Source: Asterias rubens | Lineage: Eukaryota | NCBI RefSeq assembly: GCF_902459465.1 | Contig: NC_047063.1 | Span: 744,001 to 808,000 of the forward strand | Length of the DNA stretch: 64,000 nucleotides | Direction: 5' to 3' | Part shown: positions 1 through 13,625 of the stretch, one piece after another | Numbering within the stretch: the first letter of the stretch is position 1 | How the letters are laid out: the number at the start of each line of letters is the position of its first letter | Translations under genes and position numbers: made by a program | The notes under the pieces: model-generated | The model's database searches: none | Told to the model about the DNA's origin: nothing | Seen by the model: only the letters and a program-made list of their open reading frames with translations

Positions 1-205
1 GGGATTCGAACCCACGACCCTTGCAATTCTAGAGCAGTGTCTTACCAACTAGACTACCGAGATTGCCCGGCAGCTAGAGGCAGTTCGAATCCTATGTTTT
101 GGCAGCGGGTTCTATAGAGCGAACAACGGTAAAAACATTAAAAAAATATGAGCCCAAACGTTATTGTCAATTAAGAATAGTTCTGATGTTCAGTCACCTC
201 TTTAA

Positions 206-462
206 AGGCAGTGGACACTATTAGTAATTACTCAAAATAGTTATTTGATTTCGAGACCTCAGAATTAGATTTAGGTCTCGAAATCAAGCATCTAAAAGCA
301 CACAACTTCGTGTGACAAGAGTGTTTTTTCTTTCATTATTATCTCGCAACTTCAACAACCAATTGAGCTCAAATTTTCACAGGTTTGTTATTTTGTGCAT
401 ATGTTGAGATACACCAAGTGAGAACACTGGTCTTTGACAATTACCAATAGTGTCCAGTGTCT
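206..462 (+). mobile_element. Kolobok-like MITE (TTAA TSD, AG..CT termini), internally deleted copy
   Basis: ttaa|aggcagtggacact..agtgtccagtgtct|ttaa; same family as the copies at 36157, 46378, 52614 and 59920. Confidence 0.8.
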
Positions 463-577
463 TTAAAGATAAGGTCAGGGCAGACAGCTTTAAATTCACA
501 ATTTAAAATCTGTCATGCAACACTATTAATTAATACTTCACCCGCTATAGAAATCAATAACCGATAAATCTACTCAC

Positions 578-3481
578 CCCTTTGAGGATTGGATCAGGGC
601 AGCTGGCGTTATTATTGTGGGTAACCCACTCTCCTTCTGCTGTTGTACAAGACTCTCTTAGTTCACACATAGCATTACACCAAACACACTCCAGCTCTGG
701 CCTGGCAGTAACACACCGACTACAATCTGGCTTCAATACTCCACACTTGTAAAGTGTTGCTGTGGCAAAACAAAATTCAGATAAGAATTCTCAATTGTCA
801 TTGCTTCAAAAGACAGGGTCTTAAATTTGGGGCCATATCAAGATCAAATATAGGGCCACTGATTTTCCGTTTCAGAAAAGTGCAAATTCCGTTTGGCAAA
901 AACATGAATTCCGTTTCAGGCACAAAAAATTCCGTTTCATGTTTTTTTAATTAGATAAAAGGTTGTTTAATACCCAGGGACACACTTATTAAAATAAATT
1001 TGCGATAAGTTGCACTGTTGACTTCGTAAAATGTTCATTTGAACTGACAAATTTCAAAAAAATACTTTTTTTTATAATTGTGGATTATTTTGTATACTGC
1101 TGTTCTAAAAAGGTTGCACTGTGACTGCAGTATCAATGCACATGATGTGATAGACTTGATTCCAAGTCTAAAACTGCAGTTGATTCTCTGCATCAGCCAC
1201 ATTGTAGGCTAATGACAGGAGTGTATCCACAAGAGGGCGCTGTTTCAGCATGATCAAAGACTTGGGAACAAGTCTATGGACGTGACCATTCTCCATCCAC
1301 AAACAAAATGTCAGCCATTTTGTTTTCGCTTTGGCGACAGAATGTTGACAGTTTACGGTTTTATTTTAGACCTTTCCGAGATGAAAAAACATTGTATGTG
1401 TTCTTATAGATCATAGGTAAGCTAGTTTGTGTATTATATTGTTGGTAAAAGAGAGGGAGAAAATGCAATTTGGGTGAACAAAAAATGTTTAAAACGTGCC
1501 GCGAATAATGCCCTTCGCTTAACCATGTTAACAACGTGTGTACATCATGTGTGTAAACATTGAGGATGGTGTGAAGTAGAACAGAATGATCCACGGTTAC
1601 GATCTCGTACTTTTTAATGGTCTGATTTCTGATGCCTTTTTAGTTTAACAAAAAGAATCTTAATAAAGAATGCAATTTCAATAGTTTTGGCGTCAAGAAA
1701 AAAAAAAAAAAAAAAAAAAAAATCAAATTTTCTGAAAACCCGTTTTCCGTTTCAAAGGGCGGATTCCGCGAATTCCGTCCGTTTTCCGCGATCGCGGAAA
1801 ATCAGTGGCCCTACAAATAGTGTCCATAATTAATGTTGGATGGACCTAATTTTAACAAAACAAAACATCAAGTCAATAGAGAACTAACTCAGTCAATAGC
1901 AAATCAACACCCTCCCTTACAGGTTCTTATGCCACTGCGGTAAGTAAACCCCCGATTCCAGACCTTGTTTGCCATTACATTCGGCTTAATGGGAGGCAAG
2001 CCCAAAGTTCAGAGATTCTAGCATTACATTGTTGTCTTTCCCTTGACAAGTCACTTAAGAAGTTCTGACAAATAATAATGCATGTGGGAACACAATATTT
2101 TCAAAGGGTCTGGGTACTTTTTGTAGGACACAAAACACAATGTCCACAGATTTACATTAAACTCACACAGTTTCAAGATAATGTTGGTAGAAAGCTTCCC
2201 TTAAAATATTACCATGCTGAGGTGTTGTAGTTTTTGAGAAATGAGTAAAACAAGTCACAATAGATGAACATTATTTTTGCAGGTAAAACATTTATTCGTG
2301 ACATTGTTTTACTAATTACTCAAAAACTGGACATTGTGTTTTGTGTTACAAAAAGTACCCAAACCTTTAATACTGGCATAGAGTGGTTAAGAAGAGGGGT
2401 CTCCATTAAGGGTGAAAAATGTATAGGTTGGCAGGGGCAAAAGGACTCCCCATCAGATAACTATTGATTCAAACTCACCATTATTGTTGAATAAGTCATC
2501 TAGAATGTGAGGGTTATTACTGGTGTCTGTCCATTCAATGGTCAGTTTCACAATCAGCTCTGCTTCATCAGTGGAAGTGTAGGTATACTGTGGAGTAGAA
2601 AACAATCCATGGAAGTTCTAAAAAGTCTAGAGAGTGTGTATTTATAACCAACTTCGCTACCATTGGCAGCGCGCCGTATCACCCGCTAGCTCTGCGTAGG
2701 TCTCTAACCCCTGGGCGGGAAACTCTGATCCGTGTCTTTGATTGGCTATCATATACACGCAAAATTTGAAATGCTGTGCGTCTTCAAAACGCTCTATACG
2801 CCGAAAAAAGATGTACATATTCACTTTGTTTTGTCACGCAACACTGAACATGACTTTTATTACAAACAGCACATCCAGCGTGTGCACGACTAACGCTCAA
2901 CACAGAACGGATCAACCACAGGACTAATTGTAATATCTCTTATATTTGGATATTTTCAAGTTACACTTCCAGGGGTTATGATCCAGCAAGGCATGCTGGG
3001 AAAAGATGGCGCGGCGAGATCGATCACCCCTGGGAATGAGGTTGATTTATAACAACTTTATTTTCCAATCAAACAAAATGGTGTACTTTGTAATGGTTAG
3101 AGGAATAATTTAACTTACAGCTTTCATGTCACACATGATGGTATCATCATTACGCTGAGCAGTTGTACTCTGACGGACTCCCTCGATATCAAAGCTACAT
3201 TCAAAGCTAGTTGTCTAAAAAATGAAGAAGGAAAATGGACAGTGGGAGTAAGTGCAAAGATATCAAACGAGGGAGGTTCTTGTTTCCCTAAAACCCCCCC
3301 ACAATAACAAAAGACCAGACTTTCAATATCTTGAAGGAGAGAGAATAAGGTTGTTGTATTTTCCGTTTAAACAAAAAATTGTATAAATATTATTGTCTGG
3401 TGTATTACACTATCTCATTAGGCCAAGTAAAAAAAGAAACGTGTTTAGCATCCCCGCCCGCCTCCTTTTTACAGGCTGCCT

Positions 3482-3519
<38 letters not shown>

Positions 3520-6500
3520 CACATTTCTTTTTTTTTTGAAAAAGGGTTATTTGAAAAGACCTCAGCTAAAACAATCTGAATGTCTTGTCTGTATATCTTG
3601 ACCAAAATGTTTAATTTATGTATCGTGTGTTTGAGCAGTAGAAAAAACAATGGATATTTGAAGAAAAAAAAATTAAGAATGGCGGCCATCTTGAAATAAA
3701 AAATAAAAAATAAAAAGCCCCTCCTCCTTCCTGTTTTTGAGAAACCCAGACGCTAAACATGTTTGTTTTTTTACTCGGCCTTATGCGATCAATATCTTTT
3801 AGTTCCTCAATCTTTTCAATCCTTTTACGTTTCCTGTATGTCTATTTAATGTGAGCCAACCCCTTTTTTAATGGCAAAACTCTGACTATTGCAAAGTATT
3901 TTTTTTTAATGTTCTGATTATCTCAATACTAATAACTTTACTTGTTTAGACTTAATGGTTTACCTTCTTTTCACAAAGGTCTAAACACAGATATTTGTGA
4001 TTCTACAAATACTATGTGACAAGTAAAATAATTCACATCCAGGTACTTTTTAAATACTCCGATTAGCCCGCCCTCATCGGCCGCAAGACGTCAGAGGGTC
4101 ACTCTTTCCTTTGACGTCGAAGACATAACATCATTTATATTTCTCCGTCTTTAAACACAGGTAATTACTATTCTATTTTCCATTTATTCTCTCCTAGATT
4201 TCACATAAATTCATTTTGCTGTGGAATGCTGATTGATCAATAAAGATATTAAATAACCTGGGTCTGATCAGGTAGATTTGTAGTCATGACTTGTAAACTT
4301 CTTTCAATTCCATTGGGAAGAAGGACTTCAGTATTCTGAGCCAGCAGCTGAGGGCAGGAACCCGGACCCTTGGGTGAAGACAAAGCTGGATTCTAAAGAA
4401 ATCACACCAGATAATTATTTACGAGAAATTATTTCCTTATTTTGAATTGTGTCAAGAACTTATCAACTCCATTAAAAAGATGTTTGAAGAGATAGGAATA
4501 GGATGTTCTTTTATGTATTACTTAAGGAAATTAAAGTGCTCAAATTAGTTTATAACTGGTAAATTTCAGCAACTCAAAAAAAGAAAACATCTTTGATCTT
4601 ACGTTTTGTCCTGTAATGATGATTTCATTGTCTCCTGAGCAAGTAGAACTAACATGAGTGCATCTATTCTCAAAGACACACCAATCACAGGCCCATTGAC
4701 TACCAACACAAGATACACAACTACAACAAACACAAATACAAAACAACAATATAAACAATTGGCAAAAGAAATACAACAAAATAAAAAATCTTAATAAAAA
4801 GTTATTTGAACAAAATTAAAGCTTTTTATTTTTACAAACCAAATTGCAACAAAGAAGAAGAAATTAATGTTCTTACGAAGTATGAGTGGAGCATTCATAG
4901 AAGTAGAAACTTGTATCCACAAAACTGACTGATGTTTCACTGGAATGGATGCTTAGTGTAACCTGAACAGCATCATCTGCAAAATGGAACATTCATAAAA
5001 AGTTGTATGTTTATTTTATTTTAACAACAACAATAGCAACAAATGGCCCTAGTTTAGTGTTTGACTTACCTCCTGGTTGAATTGGTGGTATCCTATTACC
5101 AGGTGGGGAGACACATCTAAGATCCTCATTAGTCTTTGTAGCTTGAGATACGTAGGATCCAAACCAACACTCATATGTCATGTTGGTCAGTAAGTCTGGT
5201 AACTGCTCTACACTCACAGTAATCTAGTAAATAATACAATTTGTAGCAAATAAGATACACAGTTGTCATAATTATAACATACAATTGAACATCTTGTATA
5301 TGAGCCTACAGCGTATATTAATTTTGATTTTTACCCATATACGCCGATGTGTTTTAGCACTGTATACTCATCAGTACTTACCCAAGTTCTGTTTAAAAAA
5401 ATCACAGGCATATTGCTCGGGTGGGATTCGAACCCACGACCTTTGGAATTCTAGAGCAGTATCATACCAACTAGACCACCGAGATTGCCCGGTGGCTAGA
5501 GGCAGTGCGAATCCTATGTTTAGCAGTGCAGCGAGTACTGCAAATGATATAATAGATGTTAAATTTGCATCGGGGATAAAGCGTAGTCTTAATTTTATGG
5601 TTCACACAGTTTAAATTAGACTTGGGGACTTGATTCTGTATTTCTGAGCATCTGACAATAGCTTTTGTTTACACACAAATAACTGCAAACTTTAAACGGT
5701 CAAAAAGAACTCTCAGGGGAAGCTTTTCTTGAGAGCGTTTGTGTCCATAGGCTGAGGGCTTGCGCCCCCAACTCAAACGACACCATCGCTACACGATTAA
5801 TAGGGTCATTTTTACCTAGTAAATTGTTTCTAAATAGTTCACCATTACAGAGTGAGCCTAAATAATTCACACTGTGAGTGAACCTGAAATTAGTGGCACA
5901 GATATAGGTGTACATGTATGTGAGAATAAAGGGAAGTGGGATATTCAGATCAAAAAGCCACTTAACCTAAATTCATAAAACCACAATCATGCAATATTGA
6001 TATCATTGCGGAAGAATGCCAACTTCTGCCAAGTAGTACTTCCTGTATTGGCAAGTTGTTTTGAGCCAAGCAGCTGTATGGAAATGCGCAAATGAAATGA
6101 ACATGTCGGTAAGCAGAAATACATTACTCTTACCTGTTGTTCTGTAACAGTGATTGGTAGATTGTTATAAGGATCCACATTGGTTATCTCAATACACTGT
6201 GCAGTATTGTAGTCTAACCATCGGGTAGACACATCAGGCATCTTGCATTCGGAATACAGGGTGCATCTATATAAATAAAAAATTAAACATTGATAACTCA
6301 ACCAACTGCTTGAAAAGAACCATAGTCAAAGACTCTACAGGGACTGTAAACACAGTTGTCAGAATGAATTTTCAGTGGATTTAAAAGAGAGCAAAATTAA
6401 AGCAGCTTTTTACCTGCAAGTTAAACAGTAAGCGCCGAGAATTTTCCATGTTTTCAATTCTGTTTGAGGAGTCGAAATCGGGGAGCCATCAGTTCGCGCG

Positions 6501-9500
6501 AGAGCAGTGATCTCGCAAGAGCGCTATCTCAGCGCGTGGGGCCGATTTAACGACTTGTCCACAAGTCTAGGATTTCTGTTTTCCTCTTTAAAAAATACTT
6601 TGAATAGCAAAACCTTGGCCATGAGACACAGTGCTGATTGGATCAATCGCAGGGATTCAGTGCTGGATGCTGGGTCTGATTGGACTTGCCTCCAAAACAT
6701 AATGGGGGAATACAATGTTTGAAGACTCTGGAGGCTACATATTTCCTTTATTACAATGCAAGTCCATAAAAGGGGATTACCCAATCACACATATGGCAGA
6801 ATTCCAGCATTTTGATACCACAGCCTGTTCTCGTTGTGTGGGAGAAACAAAGAATTGCACTGAGAGTGAATGCTGTGTGCCCGCCTCGCAGGTAAGTATG
6901 GGTGGCCTTTGCTCTGGTCATCCAATGGGTGCGTTCGTTTAGCTTCCCTGGGTTGACCCCTGTGTGTGGCGTTTTTTTTTTTCTTCCCAGGACGAACGTG
7001 GGTAGTTATCTGCACACGTTCGTCCTGGAAAAAGAAAACGCCACACGAAGCTAATCGAACGCACCCAATGTGACAAGAAAATACAAAATGGACATCGCCC
7101 GGCATGAATTAGGGAATACATGTATCCAGTGCCTGCTGGTCTAGTGCAGGGTATACAAACTCAGGTTCTCCATCATGTGTACTAGCCACAATTCAACACA
7201 ACATCTTATTCGTACAAGATACAATACTTACTGTCTTTGCAGAGTACACCAGCCACAGTATGGGTCTCCATCCATCCCTGCATTCGTACCAATACACGTC
7301 TCACACGTTGTATACTGACCACAATTCTCAACACGCATCTTCAAAAACTGTATTGTTCGAACGGAAAATAATTCAAAATATGAAAAAAAAGTAGTTAGGA
7401 ATTTCACATCCAGATGAAATAGAATAGAAATGTAGAATGATGAAAACTATTTTCTACTCCCTGCTGAATCTTTTAAGATCTTTCAAGGAAAAACGTAGAC
7501 AGTTTGACATTACATACTTATCATTAAAATGTACCTTTTGTTCAGTGAGTATGTACATCTCTCTTGTTGTATCATTAATCTTGACATCTTTAAGAACTGA
7601 TCCAGTAATATCAAGGTCTACTCTCTCATACAGTCTGGCTGAGGTCTTGCTCTGGATGTGAACCTGTAACACAGACAAAACAGAGGCTTGCTAGTTTTTA
7701 CATGTATCTATCCACCATTCATAAATACCCCGAAAAGTTTATTCGTTCTGATTGGCCAAAAGGAGATCACTAGGCTTGTTAAATGTGCAACCATAGTCAG
7801 AGTATGTCAAACTTGTGGCAAAGAGGGCGCAATTGGATTAGTGCCATGATTGTGCATATTTCATGAAGAGTTAAGTTGGTAGGTTGTTTAGCTCGTCCTG
7901 TGCATGTATGAAACTTGTGTCTAATAGTTTAAAATTTAACTGTGCAAGTTCGAAACTGGCGCAAGGAGCTACTATAGCACAAAACATGAAAAATTCAACA
8001 AGGACAGTTGAGGTAAGATGAGGCTTAACAGTGAGGTTTGTTCTGAAATTTTAATGAGTTTTGTTGACAATGGAAAGGTATTTATGAATGGGAAAAAAAG
8101 AAGGGTGACTCATAGTCTTGAATTTTCTTTTAAACCCTTCTAGGGCTGTGGCCATTCAATAAAGGGCCTCACCCTTATCACACAGTGACAACCCTGTCAG
8201 TTTGAAGTGAATGTTCAAAACCTTGTATTAATCTGTTATTCCCTTTAATAAAAGAAAGCATAATTGAATGAATTGACACATAATTCTGTATAAATAGCTT
8301 AAAAAGATGTGAATCATCTCATGAAAGCATTTAGTCTGGATTTCTAAGATTAGCAATAAAAATCGTGCTAAGCTTGAACTTTGAATCGGTTTCTTCTTTT
8401 GTGTTTTTTTAAGGTGTAAAAAAGTATTTTGTTCACAAAAACAGACTTACTTTTAAAAGCTCCCCACTCGAGTCAGATCCAATGATTGCTACAGTGTGGT
8501 TCATCTCAGTGGTTGTAATGATGGAGGACATCAGAGTGTCTGTAAATAAATGTATATTAAATATCAGACTATTACAGGCTAGATTTAACAACCATTTACT
8601 GATGAATTATATCACCCAGCCTTAGTAATATAGAATGTGGAATATAACAAAAAAATTGCTATTGAATCTTACAATATGAATAGCACCTGACTACATGAAT
8701 AGAAGGTACTTTGTTAGTGACAATAATAGTTTTTTCATGTGTATTGAATTTTCAAAAAGCAAACGCTACTGAAAACTAATAAGCCTATGACAGTTTATTA
8801 AAAACATTGCTTTGTTTCATTTGAACATGAGATTTCCAACACAGCGATGGATGCATATTGCATGCTTTTATCAATATAAGGTTTGAGCCATCAGCAACAG
8901 AATGACACAGATACCCATCTGGACTAACCTAGAATTAGAAGAATTTAAAGTTGTTTCTAATATAGGGCAAATGATTTTCAGCCATCGCGGAAAACAGACG
9001 GAACTCGCAGAATTCGCCCTTTGAAACGGAAAACGGGATTTTCAAGAGAAAAATAAGGTTGTTTTTAGTTTCATGTTCTTTAGGCCAAAGCTATTGCAAT
9101 TGCATTTTTTACAAAGGATCTTTTTGTTAAACTAAAAAAAGCATCAGAAATCAGACCATTAAAAAGTACGATATCGTAACCGTGGATCATTCTATTCAAC
9201 TTGATTAGTATATGCAATTTCCATCCAGTACACACGTTGTTAACATGCGGAGGGCATTATTCAAGGCACCTTTTTTACATATTTTTTTTCACCCAAAATT
9301 GCATTTTCTCCCTCCCTTTTACCAACAATTATACACAAACTAGCTTACCTATGATCTATAAGAACACATACAATGTTTTTTCATCTCGGAAAGGTCTAAA
9401 ATAAAACCGTAAACTTTCAACATTCTGTCGCCAAAGCCATAGACTTGGTCCCAAGTCTGTGATTATGCTGAAATAGCGCCCTATTGTGGTAACACTTCCG

Positions 9501-11744
9501 CCATTAGCCTACAATGCATGCAATGTGGCTGATGCAGAGAAACAACCGCACAGTTTTTAGACTTGGAATCAAGTCTATCATGTCATGTGCATTGATACTG
9601 CAGCCACAGTGCAACGGCTGTTACATGTTTCTGTTGCATCGATCAGCAGTATACAAATTAATAAAATAAAATAAAATATTCTTTTTTAGTATTTGTTTTT
9701 TAAATGTCAGTTCAAATTAACATTTAGGAAGTCAGCAGTGCAACTTATCCAAAATTTAGGTTTATAAGTGTCTCCCTGGGTATTAAACAACCTTTCATCT
9801 AATTAAAAAACATGAAACAGAATTTGTTGTGCCTGAAACGGAATTCATGTTTTTGTCAAACGGAATTAGCACTTTTCTGAAACGGAAAATCATTGGCCCT
9901 ACTAATACCTGATAGTTCCAGAACAGCAATGGATGATTTTACATTAATGCCTTTAGCATACTTGTATGGTTGGATGTCCCCTTCAATAGGATGACACAGA
10001 AATGGATCTGGACCAACCTAGACAAGAAAAATATCAATGATTAGTCTCAATCCATACAAATTTAGTTTTTACAACAGCTCTAACCAAAGGGAGCAAGACA
10101 ATACAAAAACAAACGCAACTGTATTATTCTGTCCAAGACAAAAATAACTATTAAAAATATCATGATTTATGTTTTCCTTGTGTTTGAGGAAACCAATAAT
10201 ATTTTTACAAAAGTAACATTGAAATATTATTGTTGTTTAGTTAATTAACTTAATTGAGAAATAACTAATACAATTAGGATATCTGTATATACTATACATA
10301 AAACAAATTGTCAATTTCCTGGTTTAGAGACATGTCAAACAATATAATAAAAACACATACTTGTTACAAGTGGACAATTGTATGATTATTTTCAAATTTA
10401 TCATTTAAAGTCGTCTTTCTGGTCTTACAAATGTTTTAGGAAAGAAAAATTTAAATTCTTTATAATATTGCTTTAATTAAACCTTCCTTTAGGCTTCACT
10501 GAAGGTATCTTTGATTTCCCTCATCTTAATTTTGCACATAACTTGAGACCCAAACTTAGTGGCCATATACTCACTGATAATGTATTACATCTGGATCCGA
10601 ACAAGTACTTCACTAAGTAGCCATCTCCATCTTCAATACATCCCCTGACTGCTTCCTTGAAGGCATCTAAAATATCACTCATCTTATACACACACAATGC
10701 TGACTGATCAATAGGTACATCACTAGTCCCATCAGCTCCTTCATTCTTAGCAAACACAGCATACAACACCATGTCCTCAGCATTCAAACCTAATGATACA
10801 GCAAGATCCTGACCTGCTGGGCCAATATGAGCAGCTTGTACCAAACTGTACACACTACCATCTGATCCTTGGCATTGTAGGGTGATTTCTGTGTAAGAGT
10901 CAAAGGATGGACTGGTCTGACAGACTCTGTTCATTTTAGAAACAAAGACATTGGAATCAAAATTCTCCTCTTGAGAAGTGATGAAGTATGTGAATCCTTC
11001 ATATGAGAAACCAGCTACATAATTGAACGGGAATGGGTTCTGTTTATAAGAATTATCAAATGCAGTAAACGAAGAATACCCTGTGCCTGATGGAGATATC
11101 AACAACACATCTGTACTATTAAGGATTCTTCTGCTGACTGGTGGGATTTGTGTATACCCAACCTCCTCATTGGAGTAAGTCACAGCTACATACAACCAGT
11201 CTCCTCCATCTGGCCCTGGTCCCATTGGTCCATCAGTTCCTGGTGCAATCAAACTCACAGTAGACAACTCTCCAAAACCAGCAACACTAGACTCTGGTTG
11301 AAACAACACACCAGTCAAATCATCTGGATTCCTGAACTGACACTTTCCTTCATTCTCACTTCCACATGTAATCAACCGATTCTGATTATCTAATATCAGG
11401 ATTTTATTGTAGTTGGTGAATATATCACATCTATCCTCTCCTAGTTCTTGACATGTACTAACATTCTGTAGCAGATTCAATGAACTATTTAGTCTGTATA
11501 AGTAGTTGACAGCTCCAACATACACAGCTCCATCAGGGCCAGATAGAGTGAAATGATTGAATTTAGCATTGTGGTTACCAGATGGATCATTGAGAGGTCT
11601 AGGAGGATGAGGATTACTGAATGAAGCAATGTGATAAGATGACAGATCTCCTTGCCATTCAGCTGATACAACACTACTTAATAATCCCAGCAGGATCAAA
11701 CATACAGCCAACCAGATGGTTACATGGCTCCTCTGGGCCTCCAT
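578..11744 (-). CDS. Inverted plexin-family paralog (one V exon + constant exons); 3' part continues beyond position 1
   Basis: Exons on the minus strand: 11744-10575 (V), 10017-9909 (A), 8539-8451, 7663-7535, 7347-7232, 6266-6134, 5223-5070, 4976-4877, 4720-4603, 4392-4258, 3214-3119, 2587-2479, 759-578. The constant exons match the plus-strand exons in length and phase (109, 89, 129, 116, 133, 154, 100, 118, 135, 96, 109, 182), with no stop seen. Completeness outside the window is unknown. Confidence 0.88.
851..1813. mobile_element. Non-autonomous TIR element, TAGGGC termini, 6-bp TSD (hAT-like)
   Basis: TIRs tagggccactgattttccg / cggaaaatcagtggcccta; flanking duplication caaata; homologous along its length to 8963-9901 in the opposite orientation. 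Confidence 0.85.
5335..5600 (-). mobile_element. Dispersed SINE-like repeat with tRNA-like A/B boxes
   Basis: The minus strand reads gtctagttggt..ctgctctagaatt..gtcgtgggttcgaatccc; related copies at 1-110, about 12690-12870 and about 19930-20090. Confidence 0.7.
8827..8928 (-). pseudogene. Decayed exon B homolog in the inverted paralog
   Basis: Starts VSPDGYLCHSV after a ttctag acceptor. The ASIAVLEIS end is in a different frame, the length is about 102 nt instead of 109, and the donor is degenerate (gttcaa). Confidence 0.7.
8963..9901. mobile_element. Second copy of the 6-bp-TSD TIR element, inserted between exons A and B of the inverted paralog
   Basis: Termini tagggcaaatgattttc / gaaaatcattggcccta; TSD ctaata at 8957-8962 and 9902-9907. 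Confidence 0.85.
10575..11744 (-). CDS. Variable-type Sema exon of the inverted paralog, intact
   Basis: 390 open codons from MEAQRSH; donor gtgagt at 10574; strong acceptor (tttgtttgcatttcaatgttacag) ending at 11813, about 70 nt upstream of the ATG. Confidence 0.9.
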
Positions 11745-13016
11745 ACTCAACCTCATTAAATCTTCCTTTTGTGGTCACCACGTAGAGTTTATGCTGAATT
11801 CCTTGCAGCTTTCTGTAACATTGAAATGCAAACAAAACTCTATTTTTAATGTAAATAAATAAATAATACAACATCCTTTCTTAGCTCTTGTCCTTATACA
11901 ATAAGTACCGATATGTTTTTAGTGTTGAACTTTCAGAACATAGTGATAGGTAACTACCAATCGCCTCACATGTTTCATGCACAAAATCTAGACACAAATT
12001 TCAACGGGCTCCACAAAATAAAGACTGTTTTGTTATACCTCCATACTGAAAGTTATTTTGATGCCTCATGTTTAAATGGCACAAGCCAAACAGTACCAGA
12101 AGCACAGCTCAGAATCTTCAAAAAGTCATAATAATGCATTAATTTATTGCAATCAATTTCTTTCTAGTTTGTACTTGCTGAATAATGTAATTCTTCACTG
12201 CAAAACTCAAGTAATAGAAGCAGGCATATTTAGAGTGCTATGACATTAGGTACCACAGCGCTTTAAAAGAAACAGAACAATAAGCAAATAAATTCTGGCA
12301 CTAAAATGTTGGAAAAGTGTGTCTTAAAACAATCAACCATTGAGCATTCACATTTTGAGAGGTTTCTTGTAAACTTCAAGGCACTAACTTCAAGTTAGTT
12401 TCAATGATCCAGAACATACACAAAAGTTGGCTTATCCTGTTTACTCAAATGGAACTAAACCAGGAAAACTCACAAATAGGAACTACCATTTATAATATCA
12501 ATATTACCATGCACAAAATCCTTTTAAAAGCTTTTAGTTTGCATCCACAGAGCTGCCAGCATTTGTATCTTGCAATCTAATCAGGGAGATTTTGTCCAAC
12601 ATACTTTATTTTTTTTGGAGATTATTTGTTTTTACACATACACTGATTTGTGTTATAAACCATGTATATTCAGTAGACCTTCTTTTCTGATTTCTGTGAA
12701 AAAAATCCACCCTTTAGTTGGGTGGGACTTGAACCCACAACCTTTGCAATTCTAGAGCAGATGTCTTACCACTAGACCATCAAGGTTCCCTGAAAACTAC
12801 ATGTAGAGGCAGTTTGAATCCAATAGTTTAGCAGCGAAAAAAAAAAAAAACATTCTTTATCCCGATGCAAATTTACACTAAATCAGAGAGATTAGAATAA
12901 CACTCAACATAACAGAAGAAACTTTTCCATAGTCAGGGAGATTTTCAAATTGTTCATCAGAACATACAAAAATTGGTTTCTTCTCAGGGAACTTTCTGCA
13001 GAATCAGGAAGAAGTA

Positions 13017-13625
13017 TAATAATAATAACAATAAGACATTTGTAAAGCGCCTAATGCAAAAGCCTCTAAGCGCATTACAGAAACAATAAAATAAACAATT
13101 AGAGAAATATACAAGATACAAATAGGCAAATTACAAAAAAGAAGCTTTAAACAAATGAGTTTTCAACAAGGACTTAAAACATTGTAAAGTATTAGCTTGG
13201 CGAATATGCACAGGAAGACTATTCCAAAGAAACGGTGCGGCGTAAGAAAAAGATCTGTGGCCATAAAAAATGGAAGAAGCTCTAGTAGCAGAAAGCAATG
13301 ACTGTTGAGATGATCGTAGAGTCTGAGTAGGGGAATAATGATGAACAAGTTCAGATAAATAAGCAGGAGATTGACATGTTTGAGCCTTGAAAGTTAACAG
13401 AAGAATTTTGTAAACTGTTCGAAACTTAACTGGGAGCCAATGCAAATTGCATTAGTACAGGTGTAATATGGTGAGAACGAGGCAGACAAGAAACGAGGCG
13501 AGCAGCAGTGTTCTGTACACGTTGAATTTTAGCAAGATCTTTATCGGGGAGTCCATACAGAAGTGAATTGCAGGAATCAAGTCTCGTAGTGACGAAGGCA
13601 TGAACAAGACGAAGTATAGTACACA
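13017..13625 (-). mobile_element. 5'-truncated L2/CR1-group LINE, 3' end of ORF2 plus tail
   Basis: Frameshifted reading LVHAFVTTRLDSCNSLLYGLP..IQRVQNTAARLV..HITPVL..HWLPVKFR..YKILLLTFKA..RSFSYAAPFLWNSLP..FKSLLKTHLF, followed by a 3' tail ending in (ATT)n. Confidence 0.9.

Noticed and set aside
1-110. Possible tRNA genes (here and at about 5420, 12720, 20020, 29330, 57365)
   Set aside because: A/B boxes are present but there is no convincing cloverleaf, and shared non-tRNA flanks mark them as SINE-like repeats.
1229-1246. CTCF-like motifs (ccacaagagggcgc here; also about 9475, 22396, 30669) as protocadherin-style promoter-choice elements
   Set aside because: The good matches lie inside MITEs away from the V units. 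I found no consistent CTCF-like motif upstream of each V exon by eye; a PWM scan would be needed.
4060-4170. GC-box/CRE-like cluster with a plus-strand donor inside an intron of the inverted paralog
   Set aside because: Short motifs only, with no downstream exon identified; insufficient to call an antisense promoter.
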